This document shows positions 1 to 11,319 of a stretch of DNA of 20,000 bases, one piece after another. Every line of letters begins with the position of its first letter. Positions within the stretch are counted from its first letter, which is position 1. Origin of the DNA: Pseudovirgaria hyperparasitica (taxonomy: Eukaryota); NCBI GenBank assembly GCA_010093815.1, contig ML996592.1; one strand, given 5' to 3'. The notes under the pieces were generated by a model. It did not search any database and was not told the DNA's origin. It saw only the letters and a list, made by a program, of their open reading frames with translations. The position numbers were made by a program, and so were the translations under genes.

Positions 1-3000
1 ATAATATCTAAAGTCTTTATAATATAGATAAGATATTACTATTATATATAGAGGTTAGGGTATATAGCTAGATAGTAGTATATTATACCTCTCCGGCTAT
101 ACGCCTTATACTATAGAGAGATATTAGAAACGCCTCTCTTATAGAGGTAGTATAGAAGTTCTATAGTATCTATTCGGGCTTAGATAAGTATAGATACTTA
201 GGCTTTTATTAGCCCTTTATATATCTATTTACTTAGTTCCTTCTATAGTCCTTAAATCTACTCTAGATATCTATTCTACTAGAAGGTCTAGTAGATATAG
301 AGTATCTCTTTCTATTTATCTTAGATCTATAACTATATATTTTTTATAAGTTCTTAAAGACTCTACTAGTCTAGAAAAGTATCTAGGTTATCTTAGACTT
401 CTTATATTACTTAACTAGAGTCGGCTTCTATTAAGTATCTATACTATATTTAATTCTAGTCTATATATAGAAGTACGCGGTAATATATACTAATTTATAT
501 ATATAGTATAGTAAAAGTATATTCTATATTTTCTATATATTTCTATACTTATTATTTAGTAAAGTATACTACCCTCTATATCTAGTAGAAGTTATATATA
601 CTTATAATATTTATCTTACGTTATAGTAGTACTATGTTAGTAGCTTTATATATACCTAATATAAGATAGAGTATATAGTTCTATATAGATTTAAGCTTTA
701 TTTACCTAGTCTATATAAGGGCTATATACTAGTACTCGTGTCTATACGTGAAGGCGGGTCGTACTATAGATATATATAGCTAGCGTGCCTTATCCTAGGC
801 GGCTCTCTATATAGAGACTATAATCTATTATATAGCGGCTTCTATCTAGAGGGCCCTAGAGATAGTATATACTACTTATAGTTCCTATTTAAGCTTATTA
901 TCTAGTATAACCCTAAGTATACGTATACTCTATACTAGCTATTTATTAAATTTATTAATCTAGAGACGATATTTACCTTTTCTAGTTATCTATTTCCCTT
1001 AATAGTTAATAAAGTATATAAGCTAGTATTTCTCTAGAGCGAACTTTACTCTATAGTATTTTACCTACTAGAGATATCTCTTATAGTTCTATTCTAGTTA
1101 TCTATATATTTAGTTAGTATTATTATTAATAGCTAGAAGGTATATATTATTAGCATATCTAACTATCTCTATATACCTTATCTCTTAAAGAAGGTCTACT
1201 ATAAAGAAAAGAAATAGAATTAGAGAGATAGTACTCTCTTATAGAATACTATATACTATCTCTTTATATTTACTCTAGTATCTAGAGATATATATCTAAG
1301 TTATTCTTTCTATAAGAAATAACTATATAAAGCGTATAATCTATTCTAGTATTTATCTTATCTAGAGATTATAAATAAGTCTTATATAGTTTACTTTATT
1401 AAACGCTCTAGCTATATTAAGAGAGAGAAGTAATACTACCCGTCTCTATTTCTATACGGCCTAGACGACCTTAAGAATATATTAGATAGCTATTATTAGA
1501 GAGCTATCTATCTTTACCTTCTAGTTTAGAGAGAGAAGATTATATTTCTATACTACGGTACTTATCTTCTTTACTATTATAGTCTCTAGTATCTTATCTA
1601 GGTAGAAGAGAAGAACGATTAGTCTCTATCCCTTTAGAGAGTTAGAGCTCTTTTCTAGTTTTAGAAGTATAATAGTATAGATAACTTAGAAGCTCTAGGG
1701 GTAGTACCCCTATGTAATATATACTTAGAATATATAAGTAATAAGTAGTAGAGTTGCTTGTATAGTACTTTTTAGATATTAATTTAGAATTCTATCTAGT
1801 CTAGATACTTTATTATTTAGGAGTATCTTAATAATATTAAGTATATTCTCCTCTATAACTTCTTTAGAGATATCTACTATATATAGATATTTAGTACTAT
1901 AAATATCTAATAGATCTACTAGTTCTAGAAGAGAGAATATAGTCTTCTATAGAGTCTTAGTTTTCTTAAGACTTATAGAGTATATTCTTCTCTAATATAT
2001 TAGAGAAGGTATAAGTAGTAGGGGTATTAGAGTATCTACGCCCTTAGTCTATCTTACTATATACTATAGCTCTATTATATATTATATCTATTAACTAGTA
2101 ATTATATACTACTATTTACGCCTTTTATTATAGAGGACTTTATCGCGTTATTATATTACTTCCTTCTATTCTTTCTATAACTTAGGTATTCTTATACGGT
2201 ATACGTATATATATAGCCTTTAGATATCTTATCTACTTTTCTATACTTAAGGAATTCTCTTTACTTCTAGAGACTAGTGTATTTAGTATAGTATATATTT
2301 ATTTCTTATATTCTAGTATATTTATAGGAGTATCTATATAGCCTAGTCTATAGCTAGGTTATTAGATATATTAACTATAGAGGGATTTAGAATCGCTAAT
2401 TCTAGGTCCTTTAGATACTTTTCCTAGTTAGTATTCTTCTATATCTATTATCTCTATTATTTATTTAGAGTATATATATTTATTATAGTTTCTATATATT
2501 TATAGTCGGAATCCGTCTATATCTAGTCTAGATAGTAGTATTAGATCTAGTAGCTAATATACTCCGTAATAAAGGTAAGGTTAAGTATAGATCTATCTTT
2601 ATTCTATTTATATTTTTTCTATATAACTTATTCTATAGATATAAGTAGATATAGAAAGTTATAGTAACGGGTACGTAGTTCCCTTACTCTAAGTTCTTCT
2701 CTAACTACGGCTAGGTCTCTCTACTATTAGTAGTAGAGGTTAAAGTCTCCTAGAAGAATATATTACTCTAGTTTTATAGTACTCTTAAGTATCTTATCTA
2801 GTATAAGTATATATTATTAGTTATATATTATATATATATAGAGGGCCTATATCTATTTATAGGTATAGTATTATTCTAAGGTTATTATACTTAGTATATA
2901 ACTATAATAAGAGTAGTATCAACCTATAAATATAGAAGAGAACTTATCTTTCTAGTCCTAGGGGGTATATAGTATAGTATCTAGGGTATATAGTTAGTTT

Positions 3001-3133
3001 ACTTATCTAGTAGTATTTATAGAGTTCCTAGATAGTAAGTATTATAGCCCTAGTCTCTCTAAGAAGCGTCGCCTAGTTCTCTCTTTTATATTATATTTAT
3101 CTATATAATTTAGAGTATATTCTAGTCTCTTAT
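1..3133 (-). pseudogene. LINE copy 1 ORF2 (APE endonuclease + reverse transcriptase), RIP-inactivated, partial
   Basis: RT catalytic motif reads YANN at 1146-1157 (from YADD). Homologous to copy 2 ORF2, with many TAA/TAG stops and small indels relative to copy 2. Confidence 0.88.
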
Positions 3134-4581
3134 TAGATACTAGGGAGTATATATATCTATATACTTATTTCTTAGAGACGCGACTATCCTTACGCGGTAG
3201 CGGCTTTAACTATACCTTTTAGTTATTCTATTATCTTTAGAATAGTCTACTATTCTATCTAACTATCTTCTAGAGAGGAGGTTAGAGATATTATAAAGAA
3301 AGGGCCTATAGTAGATATTATATTCTATAACTATCTTATATCTCTTACTTTTATTATATAAATATATTCTATAATCTATTTATATTTTATATACGTTAAT
3401 AACTATAATAGATATTTTCTATTATAGTTTAAATACTATACTATATCTCTATTTCTTAGTCTATCTCCTTATGGTTTATAAGAGTATCTCTAGATAGTAT
3501 AGTCCCTACGGTACTATCCGCACTTAGTCTACTATAAATACCTTTATATAGTATATCTATACCCTTAATAGTTAAAGTACTATATTATTATCTATACTCT
3601 ATTCTATAGCTCGGCTATAAGAAGCTCTTCTTCTACTAGGAATCCCTTCTATATAATATATTATATAATAGCGGGGTCTTAGAGCTCTATAATTATAGTA
3701 GAGTGTTTTTTTACTATTATCTTAATTATCTATAGGTTCTTCTACTACGCTTTTATAATCTTAATCCCTAGATACTTTTATATATTAGATTATTCTATAT
3801 ATATAATATCCTCTACTCTAATAGTCTATCTCTATATAGATACTATATAGACTAGAATCGAGTATATAGCTACTCTAATAGACGCGCTAGGGAAGATACT
3901 ATCTATTATATTTAGATCTTATAAGATGTTTTACTATATAGTATTTATTATAGTAGTAAGTACTACTCTACCTTATATAACTTTAGTAGCTATAATACTT
4001 AACTATATTTCTTTCTATTTATTAATCTTATTTATAATTTTCTTTAGAGATATCTATTAGACCTACGCTAGTATATTCTTATTCTAGATTATAATATATA
4101 TACTATATACTCTATCTATGGTTCTAGTAGTCCTTAGTATAGTAGCTCCGGGTATTACTATAATCTAAGTCTATATATTAGGGCGCTTACCTTAGAATAG
4201 CTCTTTCTAGATTCTCTATAGACTAGCTTCTATTTAGTTAAGTCTACTACTAGGTTTCTCTTATAGTAACTTTCTTTCTTCTTCTATAATTTCTCTTAGA
4301 TTCTAGATAAGGTTCTAGAATATATAAAGAAGGGTCTTCTTTCCCTTCTTAGCGTCCCTCTCTATATATATTATTTAGTATTTAATTTTATCTAGAAGGG
4401 TCTCCTCTTATAGAGTTCCCTTAGTCTAGATTATCTATAGTACTTCGTACCCTTAGTTAGTTTCTATATTTTAGATAGGTATCTAGCTATCTATATTAAT
4501 ATTACTATATAGCCGTTTCTACTATACTAGTAGGGGTATATCTAGTATATACTAGGGTATTACGGTACCTAAGGCCGCTAT
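3130..4581 (-). pseudogene. LINE copy 1 ORF1 (gag-like), RIP-inactivated
   Basis: Homologous to 8413-9864; the start codon is ATA (4581-4579) where copy 2 has ATG. Confidence 0.85.
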
Positions 4582-4583
4582 AG

Positions 4584-4614
4584 TTATTAGTTAAGGGCTA
4601 CCCTTAACTAATAA
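4584..4614. repeat. 31-bp palindrome (14-bp arms, loop CTA) in the 5' UTR of LINE copy 1
   Basis: ttattagttaaggg-cta-cccttaactaataa is a perfect inverted repeat. Confidence 0.95.
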
Positions 4615-4841
4615 AAGGGAGTTAGTATATTAGCGTTTATTAGATATAGTCTATACTTATATTATTAAAGAGTCTTTAAGCGTATATATATAGTATCTCT
4701 ATATATTAGTATTATTATATATTATATACTATACGTATATACGTATAATAGAGGTTATTATACTTAGTATACTCTATTACTTAATGTATATAAATTACTA
4801 TTTTACCCCGAGTTAACTAGTCTAGTCTATTAGAGTATAAG

Positions 4842-4854
4842 AAGTAGATCTATA
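4842..4854. repeat. Left copy of a 13-bp direct repeat (putative target-site duplication) flanking LINE copy 2
   Basis: aagtagatctata, identical to 10134-10146. Confidence 0.7.
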
Positions 4855-5089
4855 ATAATAATAATAATATTATATAACTAGGTAGAGTAGTACTCTATAG
4901 GCCTATGCCTTCTCTAGTCTAAGCCACTATATAAGAAGAAACCCCATAGGGAAAAACTTCCTTATGTCTATAACTACATCTCGTTAAACCTCTATTTCGT
5001 CTTAAGTATATAGCTATAGGGTACGCCTATTAGTCTATAGCCTATATTACTATTATTTCGCCCTTAGGTAGCACGTGTAGATGCGGAGG

Positions 5090-5120
5090 TTATTAGTTAA
5101 GGGCTGCCCTTAACTAATAA
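5090..5120. repeat. 31-bp palindrome (loop CTG) at the 3' end of LINE ORF2
   Basis: ttattagttaaggg-ctg-cccttaactaataa; arms identical to those at 4584-4614 and 9867-9897. Confidence 0.95.
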
Positions 5121-8100
5121 TTGGGGTTCTCCCGGGGTTCTTCCGGTATATATTAGGTTACTACCGGCGTATACCGGGTCTCTTCCGGTATATATTTCTA
5201 GGTCCACTAGTACTAGAGGAGTGGTAGATATGTAAGTATCTATTAGGAGACGTCCTTAGGGTACTTATTAAGCTATCGTATAATATCTAAAGTCTTTATA
5301 ATGTGGATAAGCCATTACCGTTATATATAGAGGTTAGGGTATATAGCTAGATAGTGGCGTATTATACCTCTCCGGCCGTACGCCTTATACCATAGGGAGA
5401 TATCAGGAATACCTCTCTTATAGATATAGTATAGGAGTCCTATAGCGCCCGTTCGGGCTTAGATAAGTATAGATACTTAGGCTTTCGTCAGCCCTTTATA
5501 TATCTATTTACTCGGTTCCTTCTATAGCCCTCGAATCTACTCTAGATACCTATTCTACTAGGAGGTCTAGTAGGCACGGAGTGCCTCTTTCTACTTATCT
5601 TAAGTCTATAACCGCATGTTTTTTACGAGTTCTTAAAGGCTCTACTAGTCTAGGAGAGCGTCCGGGTTATCTCGGACTTCTTATACTACTTAGCTAGAGT
5701 CGGTTTCTATTAATCACCTATACTATATTTGATTCCGGCCTATATATAGGAGTGCGTGGTAATATATACTAATTTATACACGTAGCGCGGCGAAAGTATA
5801 TTCTACGTTTCCTATATATTCCTATACTTATTATTTAGTAAAGTATACCACCCTCTATATCTAGTAGAAGTTATATATACTTATAACGTCTATCTCGCGT
5901 CGTAGTAGCACCGTATTAGTAGCTTTATATACGCCTAATATAAGACGGAGTATACGGTTCTATATGGATTTAAGCTTTATTCGCCTAGTCTATATAAGGG
6001 CCGTATACTAGTACTCGTGTCTATACGTAAAGGCGGGTCGTGCTATAGATATATATAGCTAGCGTACCTTATCCCGGGCGGTTCCCCACGTAGAGACTAT
6101 AATCTATTATATAGCGGCTTCTATCTAGAGGGCCCTAGAGACGGCGTATACCACTTATAGTCCCTATTTAAGCTTGCTATCTAGTATGACTCTAAGCGCG
6201 CGCATGCTTTATACTAGTAGTTCGTTAAACGCGTCGATTCGGGGGCGTCGTTCGCCTTCTCTAGTTACCTATTTCCCTTAACGGTTAATAAAGTGCATAA
6301 GCTGGTATTTCTCCGGGGCGAACTTTATTCCGTGGCGTTTTACCTACTAGAGGCACCTCTCGTGGTTCTATTCTAGTCGTCTATACGTTCGGTTAGTATT
6401 ATTATTAATAGCTAGGAGGTATATATTATTAGCGTATCCGACTACCTCTATATACTTTATTCCTTAAAGAAGGTCTACCATAAAGAAGAGGAATAGAATC
6501 AGAGAGATAGTGCTCCCTTATAGGATGCCATATACCATCTCTTTATATTCGCTCTAGTACCTAGGAATATATATCTAAGTTATTCTTCCTATAAGGAATA
6601 ACTATATAAAGCGTATAATCTATTCTAGTATTCGTCTTATCTAGAGGTTATAAATAAGTCTTATATAGTTTACCTTATTAAACGCTCCGGCTATATCGAG
6701 GGAGAGGAGCGATACTACCCGTCCCTATTTCTATGCGGCCTAGACGACTTTAATAATATATTAGATAGCTATTATTAGGGAGCTATCTATCTTTACCTTC
6801 TAGTTCGGAGGGAGGAGATTATATTCCTATACCGCGCTACTTATCTTCTTCACTACTATAGCCTCTAGTATCTTATCTAGGTAGGAGAGAAGGGCGATTA
6901 GTCTCTATCCCTTTAGAGAGTTAGGGCTCTTTCCTAGTTTCGGGAGTATAATAGTATAGATAACTCGGAAGCTCTAGGGGTGGTATCCCTACGTGACGTA
7001 TGCTTAGAATATATAAGTAATAAGCGGTAGGGTCGCTTTTATAGTGCTTTTTAGACATCGATTTAGAATTCCATCTGGTCCGGGTGCTTTATTATTTAGG
7101 AGTGTCTTAATAATATTAAGTATATCCTCCTCCGTAACTTCTTTAGGGATATCTACTATATATAGATATTCGGCGCCATAAACGTCTAATAGGTCTACTA
7201 GTTCCGGGAGAGGGAACATGGCCTCCCGTAGGGCCTTAGTTTTCTTAAGGCTCGTGGAGTATATTCTCCCCTAATATATTAGGGGAGGCATAAGTAGCGG
7301 GGGTGTCGGAGTATCTACGCCCTTAGCCTATTTCGCTATACGCCATAGCCCTATTACGTATCGTATCTATTAGCTAGTAATTATACGCTACTATTTACGC
7401 CTTTCGTTACGGAGGACTTTATCGCGTTATTATATTACTTTCTTCTATTCTTCCTACGACTCGGGTATTCTCATACGGTATACGCGTATATATAGCCTTC
7501 GGGCGTCTTATCTACTTTCCCGTACTTAAGGAATCCCCTTTACTTCCGGGGGCCGGTATATTTAGTATAGTACGTGTTTATTTCTCGCCTTCTAGTATAT
7601 TTATAGGAGTATCTATACGGCCTAGTCTATAGCTAGGTCGTTAGATATATCGACTATAGAGGGATCTAGAATCGCCGATTCTAGGTCCTTTAGGTACTTT
7701 TCCTAGTCGGTGTCCTTCTATATCTATTATCCCCGTTATTTATTCGGGGTATACACGTTTATTACGGTTTCTATATATTCATGGTCGGAATCCGTCTATA
7801 CCTAGCTTAGGCGGTAGTATTAGATCTAGTAACTAATATACTCCGTGGCGAAGGTAAGGTCAAGCGTGGACCCGTCTTCGTCCTATTTATATTTTTTCTA
7901 TATAACTTATTCCATAGGTATAAGTAGGTATAGAAAGTCGTGGTAGCGGGTGCGTAGTTCCCTTACTCTAAGTTCTTCCCTTACCACGGTTAGGCCTCCC
8001 TACTATTAGTAGTAGAGGTTAAAGTCTCCTAGAAGGATGTGTTACCCTAGTTCCGTAGTACCCTCGAGCATCTCGTCTAGTATAAGTATATATTATTAGT

Positions 8101-8416
8101 TATATATATTATATATATATAGGGGGCCTATATCTATTTATAGGTGTAGTATTATTCTAAGGTTATCGCGCTTAGTATACGACCATAATAAGAGTAGTAT
8201 AGACCTATAAATATGGAAGAGGACTCGTCTTTCTAGTTCTAGAGGGTATATAGTATGGTATCCGGGGTATATAGTTAGTTTACTCGTCTAGTAGTATTTA
8301 TAGGGTTCCTAGATGGCGAGTATTATAGCCCTAGTCTCTTTAAGGAGCGTCGTCTAGTTCTCTCTTTTATATTATACGTTTACCTATATAATTTAGAGTA
8401 TATTCTAGTCCCTTAT
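5093..8416 (-). pseudogene. LINE copy 2 ORF2: APE endonuclease, reverse transcriptase and C-terminal Zn finger; no RNase H seen; RIP stops
   Basis: One frame of ~1100 codons. Motifs: ILAI*EP (APE), KAPGPDGI (the supplied ORF 7004-7219 is a fragment of this frame), *RLIALLSYLDKILEA, GIL*GSTISLILFLF, YANN at 6425-6436 (YADD), and LI*ARTGAIGL followed by a degraded CCHC-type finger. Exact start and stop are inferred. Confidence 0.92.
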
Positions 8417-9864
8417 TAGGTACTAGGAAGTATATATACCTATATACTTATTCCTTAGAGGCGCGACTGTCCTCGCGCGGTAGCGGCTTTAACTATACCT
8501 TTTAGTCGTCCTATTATCTTCGGGATAGTCTACTATTCTACCTAACTACCTTCCGGAGGGGAGGTTAGGGGTGTTATAAAGGAAGGGCCCGTAGTAGGTA
8601 TTATATTCTATAACTATCTTACGCCTCTCGCTTTTATCGTACGAATGTATTCTATAATCTATTTATGTTTTATACACGTTATTAACCACGACGGGTATTT
8701 CCCGTCATAGTTTAAATACTATGCTATGTCCCTATTTCTTAGTCCGTCTCCTCGCGGTTTATAAGGGCACTCCTAGGTGGCGTGGTCCCTATAGTACTAT
8801 CCGTACTTGGTCTTCTATAAGCACCTTTATATAGTGTGTCCATACCCTTAATAGTTAAAGTACTATATTATTATCTATGCTCTATCCTATAGCTCGGCCA
8901 TGAGGAGCTCTTCTTCTACTAGGAATCCCTCCTATATAATATATTATACGAGGGCGGGGTCTCGGAGCTCTATAATTATAGTAGAGTGTTTTTTCGCTGT
9001 CGTCTTAATCGCCTATAGGTTCTTCCACCACGCTTTCACGATCTTAATCCCTAGGTATTTTCGTGTGTTGGATTATTCCATGTACGTAATATCCTCCGCA
9101 CCGATAGCCTATCCCCGCATGGGTACTACGTATACTATAATCGGGTATATGGCTACCCTAATAGACGCGCTAGGGAAGATGCTATCTATCGCGTTTAGAT
9201 CTCGTGAGATATTTTACTACGTAGTATTCGTTATAGTAGTAAGTACTATTCTACCTAGCGTAACTTTAGTAGCTATAACGCTCGACTATATTCCTTTCTA
9301 TTCGTTAATCTTATTTATAATTTCCTTTAGGGATACCTATTAGACCTACGCTAGCGTGTTCTTATCCTAGATTATAACACGTATACTATATGCTCTATCT
9401 ATGGTCCTAGTAGTCCTTAGTGCGGTGGCTCCGGGTATTACTATAATCTAAGCCTACGTGTTAGGGCGCTTACCTTAGAATAGCTCTTTCTAGATTCTCC
9501 GTAGGCTGGCTTCCATTTAGTCGAGTCTACTACTAGGTTCCTCTCGTGGCGACTTCCTTTCTTCCTCCGTGATTCCTCTTAGATTCTAGATAAGGTCCCG
9601 GAATATATAAAGGAGGGTCTTCTTTCCCTTCTTAGCGTCCCTCTCTACACGTATTACCTGGTATTTAATTTTATCTAGGAGGGTCTCCCCTCTCGGGGTC
9701 CCCTCGGTCTAGGTTATCTATAGCGCTTCGCACCCTTGGTTAGTTCCTATATTTTAGATAGGTGTCTAGCTATCTACATTAATATCGCTATATAGCCGTT
9801 TCTACCGTACTAGTGGGGGTATATCCGGCGTCTACCGGGGTATTACGATACCTAAGGCCGCCAT
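8413..9864 (-). pseudogene. LINE copy 2 ORF1, gag-like nucleic-acid-binding protein with three CCHC knuckles, RIP stops
   Basis: ATG at 9864, 484-codon frame. ~8670-8870 reads YFNY*GYGHTI*RC / YG*YYRDHAT*EC / YLNYDGKYPSWLITC, i.e. de-RIP CX2CX4HX4C-type knuckles. Confidence 0.88.
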
Positions 9865-9866
9865 AG

Positions 9867-9897
9867 TTATTAGTTAAGGGTAGCCCTTAACTAATAA
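9867..9897. repeat. 31-bp palindrome (loop TAG) 2 nt upstream of the LINE copy 2 ORF1 ATG
   Basis: ttattagttaaggg-tag-cccttaactaataa. Confidence 0.95.
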
Positions 9898-10299
9898 AAG
9901 GGGGTTAGCGTGTTAGTATTTATTAGATATAGTCTATGCTCGTGTTATCGAAGAGTCTTTAAGCGTATATATATAGTATCTCTATACGTCGGTATCGTCG
10001 CGTATTATATACTATACGTACGCACGTGTGTTGGAGATTATTATACTCGGTGTACTCTATCGTTTAATGTGTGTAAATCGCTGTTTTACCCCGAATTGAC
10101 TAGTTTAGTCCGTTGGGGTGTAAGAAGTTTTTAAAGTAGATCTATATAATATAATAGAAATAGTATAATATTAAGTTATAATCTATTAAATTAATAGAGA
10201 TTAGAAGAATATCCTTTAAGAAGATTAAAGAGATATTTATAACTACTCTATTACTAGTATACTTTAATCTAACTAAATCTATTTATATTAAAACTAATA

Positions 10300-10309
10300 N
10301 NNNNNNNNN
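10300..10309. other. Assembly gap (10 N)
   Basis: Run of N in the sequence. Confidence 1.
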
Positions 10310-11179
10310 TTAAGACTAGATATACTATTTATAACTAAGAGCTACTAGTAATAGTAGAGTTATTTAAGTAGTAGTAATATTATCTTAAAGATACTATATA
10401 TAATATTAAGTTACTAACTAATTACTATAACTTAAAGGAGTTTAGAAGTATAATAGTTTTAAATTATTAATAGATCTAATAGACTAAGTAGCTTATAAAT
10501 TTCTACTTTATAATCTACTATTAATCTAGAAGTATAAATCTAGCTAATAGAATATTAAGAAGATCTAACTATAAAGAAGGCGTCTAGAATTATAGTAGCT
10601 ATAGAGTTCTAGAGTAGCTATAGATCTAACTCTTAAGAATAAGGTTAGATAATAAGTTATCTAATAATTAGTAAGATACTAATACTAATACTAGTAATAG
10701 AATTTATAAGACTAAAGCTAGTAACTAAAGATATAGTACTAAAGTCTCTAGTAAGCTATTTATTAGCGCTATTAGAGAGGGCGATAGTACCTAGTATATA
10801 TATTAAGTAGATCTTATCTAGTTAATTATAGATCTATAAAAGATAGATCTAATAGTTTTAAAGTTATATAAAATATAGTAAGATAGATTATTATAGACTA
10901 AAGTAGACTATAAGTAGACCTTTATAGATAGCTTACTCTACTATAATAGAAAGTATTATATACTAATAGATAATATATAATTTACTATAGTTAGCTAATA
11001 CTATAATACTAATCTAGTAAGATATTTGAGGTATATACGTACCCTAAGCTTAATTTATTAGTACTATTTTTAGAAAGATATATCTAAGTATATTAAAGAA
11101 TAGATAGCTACTTATCTAATTTATTAAAGAATAAAGGTACCTAGATATAAGCTATATAGAAATTTATAGTCTCTACTAG

Positions 11180-11319
11180 TATAAGGAGGCGGGCTCCACG
11201 CACCAACCAACTATACTAAAAGGACCGAATCTTAAAGCTACTACTTTAAGGGTGGAGCATACTACTTATATACGACTACTACACACATGTATAATTAACT
11301 AGTAGGCACGTGCCTAACA
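11180..11319 (-). mobile_element. 140-bp solo LTR inserted in the Gypsy A integrase region, 5-bp TSD ACTAG
   Basis: actag at 11175-11179 and 11320-11324; termini TATAAGG (de-RIP TGTAAGG) and CCTAACA. Removing it plus one TSD restores the frame SLLVPLFI*KDIIIDF. More GC-rich than its flanks. Strand inferred from the termini. Confidence 0.85.

Larger units (their letters stand above)
1..4841 (-). mobile_element. Tad1-like non-LTR retrotransposon (LINE), copy 1, heavily RIP-mutated; 3' end lies left of the window
   Basis: Colinear with 5280-10124 (offset 5279-5283). The differences I inspected are mostly C>T/G>A transitions, with this copy usually the more AT-rich. Confidence 0.93.
4855..10133 (-). 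mobile_element. Tad1-like LINE, copy 2, apparently full length (~5.3 kb), moderately RIP-mutated
   Basis: (TAA)n microsatellite tail at ~4853-4868 on +, 3' UTR, ORF2, ORF1, ~270-bp 5' UTR, and flanking 13-bp direct repeats. Confidence 0.93.

Noticed and set aside
5132..5196. Short 42-bp-period duplication (tcttccggtatatatt) at the ORF2 C-terminus
   Set aside because: A small in-frame duplication in a low-constraint tail, with no evidence of function.
7004..7219. Supplied 71-aa ORF as a standalone gene
   Set aside because: It is a stop-free fragment of the LINE ORF2 RT region.
8900..9343. Supplied + strand 147-aa ORF
   Set aside because: Antisense shadow of LINE ORF1; its I/Y/V-rich composition is typical of RIP DNA and it has no recognisable motif.
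4584..9897. 31-bp palindromes as CRISPR repeats or DNA-transposon TIRs
   Set aside because: Only three widely spaced copies, no spacer array, cas gene or transposase; the context is a eukaryotic LINE, and homology between copies continues beyond the palindrome.
1..10133. Tandem LINEs as an assembly artefact
   Set aside because: The copies differ at very many positions in a directional way and have distinct junctions and loop orientation.
9910..10134. Supplied + strand 74-aa ORF
   Set aside because: Lies antisense in the LINE 5' UTR, begins at a GTG rather than an ATG, and is interrupted in copy 1.
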